64,000 nucleotides of DNA from an uncultured candidate division Zixibacteria bacterium (GTDB lineage: Bacteria > Zixibacteria > MSB-5A5 > UBA10806), in NCBI GenBank assembly GCA_963801605.1, contig CAWDFP010000006.1, positions 320,001 through 384,000 of the forward strand. The letters run 5' to 3'. Below the pieces are notes generated by a model. It had not been told where the DNA came from. It saw only the letters and a program-made list of their open reading frames with translations, and did not search any database. Below are positions 55,509 to 64,000 of the stretch, piece after piece. How positions within the stretch are numbered: position 1 is the first letter of the stretch; each line of letters opens with the position of its first letter. The translations under genes were made by a program, and so were the position numbers.

Positions 55509-56302
55509 TCAACAGCGAATCTGATTTTTCAATCTCGATACTGGTTATCGACAGTGATGAATTAAGCCGTCGACTCCTGGGGGATACTTTGTCCGCCCTG
55601 GGGTTCAATATTTATCAAGCCGGCAATCCGGACGATGCCAGGAAGACGTTGGCCGAACGAAAGATCGATTTGGTTATGACCGATATTATTTTCCCGGAGG
55701 GAAACGGGGTCGAGTTCATGATAGGACTAAAAGCAGAGCGACCTCAGATACCAGTTATAGTATTATCATCGCAACTTGACAGCGCCACCAGGGACTCGAT
55801 TATGGAGGCTGGCGCGGATGGCGTACTCACCAAGCCGTTCAGAATTAATTTGGTGGAGGAGTTGATCACATCCACTTTGATGAAATATGACCGGGCGTCG
55901 CTTGGAACTCCGGTTTCGAAACGCCAGATACTGGTTGTGGATGATGACGAGAGCATGCTGTCATTTTTAGTGGAGGCGATAAAGATTCTGGGATTCGATA
56001 TCGTTGCCTGCAGGAGCGCGGCCAGCGCCAGAGAGATATTTCAAACCAATCATTTCGATCTGGCAATCTCCGATTATATGCTGCCTGATACAAATGGCAT
56101 TATTCTCCTTAAAGAGCTAAAAGGTTTAAATCCCAATATCCCGATTGTGATCGTAACGGGGTATCCATTGGCTTACACCCCGGCGATGGCCAGAGCCGAC
56201 GGAGTTGACGGCTATATCGGGAAACCGTTCCGCATCAATCAGCTCGAACAGGTGATCGCGAGCCTGCTTTATCCGGAAAAAGCGCCCAGGCATCATCAAT
56301 AG
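55505..56302 (+). CDS. Response regulator made of two receiver domains only
   Basis: ILVID..DLVMTD..KPF and ILVVDD..DLAISD..KPF; ATGA overlap with manB. Confidence 0.85.
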   Translation: MINSESDFSISILVIDSDELSRRLLGDTLSALGFNIYQAGNPDDARKTLAERKIDLVMTDIIFPEGNGVEFMIGLKAERPQIPVIVLSSQLDSATRDSIMEAGADGVLTKPFRINLVEELITSTLMKYDRASLGTPVSKRQILVVDDDESMLSFLVEAIKILGFDIVACRSAASAREIFQTNHFDLAISDYMLPDTNGIILLKELKGLNPNIPIVIVTGYPLAYTPAMARADGVDGYIGKPFRINQLEQVIASLLYPEKAPRHHQ

Positions 56303-56378
56303 CCACTTGACAAAGCAGTCCAAATTATCATAAAGGGGAGGGTACGCAATAAACCCATTCATTCTTCTAGGAGACCTG

Positions 56379-56441
56379 ATGGCCTGCAAGCCAAAAGCGC
56401 CCGCTAAGAAAGCCGCCCCAAAAAAGAAAGTGAAAAAGTAG
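56379..56441 (+). CDS. 20-aa Lys/Ala/Pro-rich basic peptide (absent from ORF track)
   Basis: AGGAG RBS; MACKPKAPAKKAAPKKKVKK*; upstream TTGACA at 56307 and a downstream hairpin. Confidence 0.6.
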   Translation: MACKPKAPAKKAAPKKKVKK

Positions 56442-56495
56442 CTTTCAGGATTTCCGCGGGATTATATAATCCACTCGGTAAGGCATATTAATAGA

Positions 56496-56531
56496 AAGGC
56501 CGGTTCCAGGGAATCGGCCTTAGGTATTTTT
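56496..56531 (+). terminator. Terminator-like hairpin after the basic peptide gene
   Basis: aaggccggttcc/ggaatcggcctt followed by aggtattttt. Confidence 0.55.
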
Positions 56532-56550
56532 AGAAAAAACATTATAGACC

Positions 56551-56694
56551 AATAAAAAATGCCGCCAAGACGGAAGACCTGACGGCGTTAATAAAAATGC
56601 GGCCAGGATCGAAATCCTGACCGCAAATAGCAAACAATACTGCCTGCCAAGCAAACCTTGGTGGCGTCAGGTTCGGGGACCTGACGCCACGAGG
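56551..56694 (-). terminator. Three related hairpins after groEL; two are T-tailed terminators
   Basis: Minus strand: gtggcgtcagg..cctgacgccac; tgcggtcaggat-ttcg-atcctggccgca-ttttt; gccgtcagg..cttggcggc-atttttt. Confidence 0.75.
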
Positions 56695-56700
56695 AAATTA

Positions 56701-58347
<1,647 letters not shown>

Positions 58348-58425
58348 TCAATCTTATGTTATGAATTAATTATCTTCCATTTAGCTCGTTTTTAAGTTTC
58401 GAGTCTCGCGACTCGCAACAATTAA

Positions 58426-58713
58426 TTACTTCTTTATAATGGCGAGAATGTCAGACTCGCGCATGATCAGATATTCGATACCGTCGATAGTGACTTCGGT
58501 GCCGGAATATTTGCCGTAAAGAACGCGGTCGCCCTTTTTGACTTCCATGGCAATCAGCTTACCGTCTTCGGTCTTGCCCGGACCAGCCTCGAGCACTTCG
58601 CCCTGCATGGGACGTTCTTTGGCTGTATCGGGAATAATGATGGAGCCCTTTTTAACTTCCAACTCCTCAAGCGGTTTCACGATTACTCTGTCTGCTAATG
58701 GCTTGATGTTCAT
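58426..58713 (-). CDS. groES: Co-chaperonin GroES
   Basis: [36 protein letters not shown]. Confidence 0.97.
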   Translation of the reverse strand: MNIKPLADRVIVKPLEELEVKKGSIIIPDTAKERPMQGEVLEAGPGKTEDGKLIAMEVKKGDRVLYGKYSGTEVTIDGIEYLIMRESDILAIIKK

Positions 58714-58863
58714 ACTCTATTCCTCCTTGGGATGTACTGAACTTTATTTGTTTACGTTAACTTAAATATCGTTAATTGAGAATAGCCTTTATCTTTGTCC
58801 CCCGATATTTCCTAAGCCTACCCAATTGCTACTTATTATCTTTCAATAAGTTACAATTTGATA

Positions 58864-58890
58864 TTAGCAGTCTATACAGACGAGTGCTAA
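58864..58890 (-). promoter_or_regulatory. CIRCE operator (HrcA site)
   Basis: Minus strand TTAGCACTC-N9-GACTGCTAA, one mismatch from consensus, upstream of groES. Confidence 0.9.
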
Positions 58891-58905
58891 TAGGTAACGT
58901 GGCGG

Positions 58906-58934
58906 AAAATATACATAGGCGCTATGGCTGTCAA
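58906..58934 (-). promoter_or_regulatory. sigma70 promoter of groESL
   Basis: TTGACA-17 nt-TATTTT just upstream of CIRCE. Confidence 0.7.
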
Positions 58935-59109
58935 GGGGATTTTGATGTCGTGAGGATGATTTTTTCAAGCGTTGAGAGTAACTGGGAATTTTCAAAAAAA
59001 GCTTTGATGGGCAATTAATATTATTATATTGAGATAGCTGTCTCTTGTCTACTTTAATGAGGCGTCCGTGGGCGCAAAATTTAAGGCTAAATTTTCACCG
59101 GGAGGATCC

Positions 59110-60366
59110 ATGTATTGCCGCATTTCTATTTTTTTGTGTATATTTTTTATATTAACCGGGCTGATACTAGTTGCTGGGCCGGTGGTGGCGCAAGCCGGAG
59201 TTTTAGAGCATGTCACCAGCGTCTATATGAATGAGGGTGAAGGGGCTATGGGAGTTACGATAGAAGGCAATATTGCTTTTATCGCTTGTGATTACGCCGG
59301 AATCAAGCTCTACGATATTACTGACCCATCGAACCCCGTTTATCTCGGGGGATGCGGCACACCCAGTTTCGCCAGAAATATTTTCGTGCGCGGCAACTAC
59401 GCCTATGTGGCCGATGGCGATGCCGGACTGCAAGTTGTTGATATCTCTAACACAGCGGCGCCAACCATCATCGGAAGCTATACGGTTAGCGGGACAGCAG
59501 TATCGGTTACCGTTTCTGGCGATTATGCCTATTTGGCCGATGGTTATTCCGGGCTCTTGATAATCAATATTGCCAATCCCGCCAGCCCCTCGCTTGTTGG
59601 CACCTATTTTGGAGCAGTCTATCCGATGGGAGTGACGTTGGTTGGCAATTACGCCTATGTGGCAGCCAATATGTTCGAGCCCGATCAGGGGCAACTTCAA
59701 GCGGTCGATATAACTGATCCCGCCAATCCGACTTTTGTCGGTGGAGCTAACTATGGCGGCGGGGCCTACAGTGTGTCTATTTCCGGCAATTATGCTTACA
59801 TGGGAGCATACGCTTACGGCCTGGGGATTTTTGACATTTCCAATCCGGGGAATCCCGCGCTAATTGGCTCTTACGATATCCCGACCACGGGGACCGCCAA
59901 GCGGACGTTTGCCGTAGACACGCTGGCCTTTGTGGCGGAGGGGTTGGCCGGATTCGGAATGCTCAATGTCAGCAACCCGACATCGCCGGTGATGATCGAC
60001 AGCGTTGACACTTTTGGCAATACCAGCGATGTGGTTAAATCGGGCGAATATGTTTATGTGGCCGACGAATCAACTCTTGAAATCTACAGAATAGGCGGAG
60101 CAACGCCTACGGGCTGAATATATTGTGGGCGATGTCAGCGGCCCCACACCTTCAACGGCCTCGATGTAACTTATTCGGTTTCTTTTTTCAAGGGCGGTCC
60201 GCCGCCGCCATATTCCTGCGAATGCACGCCAGGTCATACCTGGTACGTTTCGGGCGACGTTAACGGCTCTTGTTCTTTCAACGGGTTGGATGTAACCACG
60301 ATGGTATCGCACTTTAAGTTCGGTGCCGCGGTCTTTCCCTGCCCGGATTGCCTGCCAGCGAGGTAG
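59110..60366 (+). CDS. Secreted LVIVD-repeat protein with a C-terminal dockerin-like domain; compensating indels at 60115-60143
   Basis: GGAGG RBS; repeats YAYVADGDAGLQVVDIS; beyond the apparent TGA reads YIVGDVSG..TFNGLDVTYSVSFFKGGPPPPYSCECTPGHTWYVSGDVNGSCSFNGLDVT..PCPDCLPAR*. Confidence 0.8.
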
Positions 60367-60403
60367 TTGGAGCTTAATTAGAATATTGGAAATAAGCATC
60401 TAT

Positions 60404-60433
60404 AAACGGCCAGCAAGACTGGCCGTTTTTTTT
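60404..60433 (+). terminator. Rho-independent terminator
   Basis: aaacggccag-caaga-ctggccgttt followed by a T-run. Confidence 0.85.
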
Positions 60434-60608
60434 ATTTAGCATGCAATTTTGACCGAAAAATTCGGAGAGAGGGGGGAAAGATCGTTTTGAAAGAGATGGA
60501 CAAATATTAAAAAGCAGTAGACCGAAACAAAATCCAGCCCTATATTCTTGGGCGTTACGTTCGGAATCGAGCGAGCATCTGTAAAAACGCGCAAAAAGGA
60601 TAATTCTC

Positions 60609-61211
60609 ATGCGAAAAATTGTAGTTCTACTGCTTGGCTTAATCGTTTTAACGGGCTGCTCATCGAAAATTCGCCGTATAAACGAGCAGGTTCCAACCAC
60701 CGACCAGGTTGTATTGTTCAGCTATTCCTATATCAATCATGCCTGGGGATATCAGAATCGCGGCTGGTTTATTAACAATCACGGGTTAATCAAAGCGTAT
60801 CGGGTGACAAATCAAAATCATTGGCATGAGGCGGAAAAAAGCGGTCCAGACAGCGGCTACATTTCGCAGCGCGATCTTTTAGCAGATTACGCCCTGGCCG
60901 ACAGAGGTATATTCGAGTATTCGCATTTTATTATTAACGGGAAAATTGGGCTTATCCCCAAAGCGGCCGAAGGCGAGAACTCTCCGCTCGAGCATTCCGC
61001 TTACGATGCCGGCCTGGGAAAATATTCCGCTTATTACTTCGATAAGGCAAAAGGTAAATATAAGGAAGTAGTTTTGAGTATTTCGGGCGACTGGACCCAA
61101 ACCAATCTCAGCCCGGCGGCTGATACGCTAAACGAGTGGCTTCAAAGCTTCCAGCTGATATATGAGGATAGCTTAAGAGCGTGGGATGAAGCACAGGGCG
61201 GCGGGAAATAG
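60609..61211 (+). CDS. Hypothetical lipoprotein
   Basis: LTGC lipobox; YINHAWGYQNRGWFI segment. Confidence 0.7.
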   Translation: MRKIVVLLLGLIVLTGCSSKIRRINEQVPTTDQVVLFSYSYINHAWGYQNRGWFINNHGLIKAYRVTNQNHWHEAEKSGPDSGYISQRDLLADYALADRGIFEYSHFIINGKIGLIPKAAEGENSPLEHSAYDAGLGKYSAYYFDKAKGKYKEVVLSISGDWTQTNLSPAADTLNEWLQSFQLIYEDSLRAWDEAQGGGK

Positions 61212-61220
61212 GGGATGGCC

Positions 61221-61287
61221 GCTGGCATACAAGAACAGTATGCCAGCCACGAATAGCGAGCGGTTGGCGCACCTCCCGGTGTGCCAA
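61221..61287. repeat. Two GC-rich palindromes between convergent genes (REP-like or terminators)
   Basis: gctggcatac-aagaaca-gtatgccagc and ttggcgcacc-tccc-ggtgtgccaa. Confidence 0.55.
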
Positions 61288-61311
61288 TAGATGTTAATAT
61301 TTTAAATCACA

Positions 61312-62526
61312 TTAAACCTTATTATTATATTCCTGCCCGCAGCGGGGGCAAACGATAGGTGCGGCGGTAAGTTCAGGCGGGAGTTTAATCGTCAGGCCGC
61401 AGGCGCAGTTGATAAAATGATAACCACCGATAGTCATCATCATATCGCCCAGGGCGCGGGCGGTAGTGCGCTTGTCGCTGGGAGCCGAGGGCGCGCTGTC
61501 GCCGGCACTCCTGATTGCCACAGATTTATCGTTTGCCAGAGCAGACCTGGGAATGAGGCGAGAGCCGCGTTCCACCGATGAAAATGCTTTCTGATACTCT
61601 GCAAAATTCGCGCCACCCGAAAGTTTTCTTAATATCTTGATCCGTTCCAGTATCGGCGGATGAGTGTTTCCCATTCCAAAAAGCGAAAAGCTATTACCGC
61701 TTGCCGGGGCCGAGATAAACATCGGCTCTGTGACTTGGTTGAATGACACCAAAGTTTCGGTGGAGTTGGCTATCTTTTCCAGCGCCGAGGCCAGGCCCTC
61801 CGGATAGCGGGTCAGACGCGCGGCGGAGGCGTCAGCGAGATACTCGCGTTTACGGCTGATGGAGAAATAAACTATCCGGGCCAATATACCGCCCACGACA
61901 CTGACTAATAACGCAATCAGCAGGAATGCTCCGCCGCCGCCTCTGCTACGCGATGATCTGTATCGTCCGCCGGAGCCGCCGGAGAATGCCATGCCTCTCC
62001 AAAACAGTTGCGAAAGAATGACGATTAACCCGACGGTCGTAGCTGTAAACATCAGAAAGAGCGAATCGCGGTTGAGAATGTGTGACATTTCATGAGCTAC
62101 AACCCCCTGAAGTTCGTCGCGGTTGAGTTTGGCCAATAACCCCGAGGTTACAACGATAGCGCTGTTTTGGGGATCCCGTCCAACGGCCATGGCATTGGGG
62201 GCCGCCTCATTCATAACATAGATTTTCGGCATAGCGGGAAGCGCCGAGGCGATCTTCATCTCCTCGACTACATCATAAAGCATGGGATTGACTTCTTTGG
62301 TCACCGGCGTGGCGTCACTGACGGCCAGGATGATATCATCGCCGGTGAAGTAAGCGATACCGGACATCATGAGCCAGAAGACAATCCCAAAGAAGATGAA
62401 GACCAGACCATCAGACTCCGGCATATAATATTTGCCGAAGGCGTAGAAGCTCATGGCAAGTATGACGCCTAACAGGATAAAAAGCCCGATAGACTTTCGC
62501 TTGTTGGACTGAATCAATTCCCACAT
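61312..62526 (-). CDS. htpX: HtpX-like M48 zinc metalloprotease with a C-terminal zinc ribbon
   Basis: SNKRKS, PNAMAVG, ELQGVVAHEMSH, SRKREYLADA, THPP..ERI; tail CACG...CPRC. Confidence 0.85.
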   Translation of the reverse strand: MWELIQSNKRKSIGLFILLGVILAMSFYAFGKYYMPESDGLVFIFFGIVFWLMMSGIAYFTGDDIILAVSDATPVTKEVNPMLYDVVEEMKIASALPAMPKIYVMNEAAPNAMAVGRDPQNSAIVVTSGLLAKLNRDELQGVVAHEMSHILNRDSLFLMFTATTVGLIVILSQLFWRGMAFSGGSGGRYRSSRSRGGGGAFLLIALLVSVVGGILARIVYFSISRKREYLADASAARLTRYPEGLASALEKIANSTETLVSFNQVTEPMFISAPASGNSFSLFGMGNTHPPILERIKILRKLSGGANFAEYQKAFSSVERGSRLIPRSALANDKSVAIRSAGDSAPSAPSDKRTTARALGDMMMTIGGYHFINCACGLTIKLPPELTAAPIVCPRCGQEYNNKV

Positions 62527-62550
62527 ATCGGATCGCCGTAATTATCGGGA

Positions 62551-63111
62551 TTACTTTGAAAAATCGACCTTTGGCACTTCGCGATCGGCCTTGTCCTCGA
62601 CCTCGAAAAAATGCTCCGCTGTGTAATTGAGCCATCCAGCAACCATATTCGAGGGAAACATCTGAATCTTATTATTGAAGAAAAGAACCTGGTCGTTGTA
62701 ACTTTGACGAGCGTAGGCGATACGATTTTCGGTCGAGGTCAACTCCTCCTGCAGCGCCAGGAAATTCTGGTTGGCTTTAAGATCGGGGTAGCCTTCGGCC
62801 ACGGCGTAGAATTTCCCCAAAGCCTGCCCGAGCAAACCCTCCGCCTTGGCTTTGTCGGGGATGCTTTCGGCGCTCATGGCTTTGCTTCTGGCCAGAGTGA
62901 TATTTTCCAGAGTTTGACGTTCATGCACCATATATCCCTTGACCGTTTCAATCAGGTTAGGGATAAGGTCATGGCGTCTTTTAAGTTGCACATCGATCTG
63001 CGCCCAGGCGTTCTTGATCTGATTTTTCAACTGCACCAGGGCGTTATAGGTCGCGATAAAATATCCCACGACCATGACTATTAACGCTAACAGCACAAAT
63101 AGTGCGATCAT
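62551..63111 (-). CDS. lemA: LemA family protein
   Basis: YNALV, NAWAQIDVQLKRRHDLIPNL, YPDLKANQNF, TENRIAYARQSYN. Confidence 0.95.
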   Translation of the reverse strand: MIALFVLLALIVMVVGYFIATYNALVQLKNQIKNAWAQIDVQLKRRHDLIPNLIETVKGYMVHERQTLENITLARSKAMSAESIPDKAKAEGLLGQALGKFYAVAEGYPDLKANQNFLALQEELTSTENRIAYARQSYNDQVLFFNNKIQMFPSNMVAGWLNYTAEHFFEVEDKADREVPKVDFSK

Positions 63112-63515
63112 TTGGCATCTCCTGTATTCAAAGTTTTACTCTTTTTCATAAATATACCCCGAAGGTGTTCAAATATTCGATTGTTGGAATCGATTTTTTC
63201 GTTTTTGAGAATCCTCTCCAGCTCGCCGCCATCGAACCATAAACCATGTCCATTTTTACAGCTATCCAGAAGAACGGGCCTGTCTTTACCGCTGCGAATT
63301 TTATCCATCTTTTTATGGCATCGGGGACACTTCAGCGGGCGCTCACGGGCATCCGTATCAGGATGATATTCTATATTAGTCTGGCGGGACGATTCCAATA
63401 GCAGTTCAAGTTCGCCGGAATCGAGCCAGACTCCCTGGCAGGAAGCGCAATAATCGATCTCAACTCGGTCGAGTTCAAGGATGATCAATGGTTTTTTGCA
63501 TCGAGGACATTCCAT
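63108..63515 (-). CDS. Double zf-TFIIB-like zinc-ribbon protein
   Basis: CPRC..IDYCASCQGVWLDSGELE and CPRC..LDSCKNGHGLWFDGGELE. Confidence 0.85.
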   Translation of the reverse strand: MECPRCKKPLIILELDRVEIDYCASCQGVWLDSGELELLLESSRQTNIEYHPDTDARERPLKCPRCHKKMDKIRSGKDRPVLLDSCKNGHGLWFDGGELERILKNEKIDSNNRIFEHLRGIFMKKSKTLNTGDAK

Positions 63516-63614
63516 AGGAATATTATCGGATGAATTATGGATGATTTCAAGCGGAATGATAAGGGGAATTCGGATTGCTTCAAACTGTTAAGAGCAACCG
63601 AATCTACAAGCGGT

Positions 63615-64000
63615 TTATAAGGCTAAGATATTCTCAACCAGATTATTAAGTGCTGATGTCGGCAACTGACAATCCTTATCTGAAAGCGCGTTTTGGGGAT
63701 TGGGATGAGTTTCAACGAAGATGGCATCAACGCCTACCGCCACTGCCGCTCGCGCTAATGGCACGATGAAACGCGGATCGCCGCCCGACGAACCGCCTGA
63801 TGCCCCCGGTTTTTGCACAGAGTGAGTGCAGTCAAAGATAACCGGATATCCGAAGCCAGCCATTATAACCAGCCCGCGGAAATCAACGACGAGATCATGG
63901 TAACCGAAACTTGTGCCGCGTTCGGTTAGCATCACCTGGCTGTTGCCAGATGAAGTAACCTTTTCGATAATCGGCCCCATATCCTCCGGCGATAGGAATT
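63615..64000 (-). CDS. kdsA: KDO-8-phosphate synthase, 5'-truncated by window
   Basis: TERGTSFGYHDLVVDFR, FDCTHSVQKPG, ETHPNP..ALSD. Confidence 0.93.
   Translation of the reverse strand, partial: FLSPEDMGPIIEKVTSSGNSQVMLTERGTSFGYHDLVVDFRGLVIMAGFGYPVIFDCTHSVQKPGASGGSSGGDPRFIVPLARAAVAVGVDAIFVETHPNPQNALSDKDCQLPTSALNNLVENILAL

Noticed and set aside
60115..60117. In-frame TGA as possible selenocysteine at an expected Cys position
   Set aside because: Read-through gives IYCGRCQRP, whereas the shifted frame gives the expected YIVGDV motif; compensating indels explain it

Overview
Bacterial chromosomal window, mostly housekeeping and envelope genes. It probably comes from an FCB-group organism such as candidate division Zixibacteria, inferred from a FlgD/T9SS-type C-terminal domain and a Cys-flanked dockerin-like tail. 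Core genes: tRNA-Asn, nupC-like, tadA-like, rlmI, copA, thiC, uvrA, dnaA (without its usual dnaN/rpmH neighbours), pruA, manB, groES-groEL with a CIRCE operator, lemA-htpX and kdsA. Accessory genes: a ~2190-aa modular S8 protease, a sigma54-led minor-pilin cluster with duplicated PilW-like and PilX-like genes, a TPR-FadL-esterase operon, and an AAA-ATPase/DUF5131/M15-peptidase patch after uvrA. At least ten genes, including groEL and uvrA, carry 1-2 nt indels, which points to an unpolished long-read assembly rather than true pseudogenes. Items missing from the ORF track: a promoter-flanked 181-nt rod-like ncRNA candidate (34344-34524, 6S-like or novel) next to a second hairpin-rich unit, a 20-aa Lys/Ala/Pro peptide gene, a 48-aa YHS gene and a hidden dockerin-like domain. 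No CRISPR array, integrase, transposase or reverse transcriptase was seen. All family calls come from reading motifs by eye; no searches were run.
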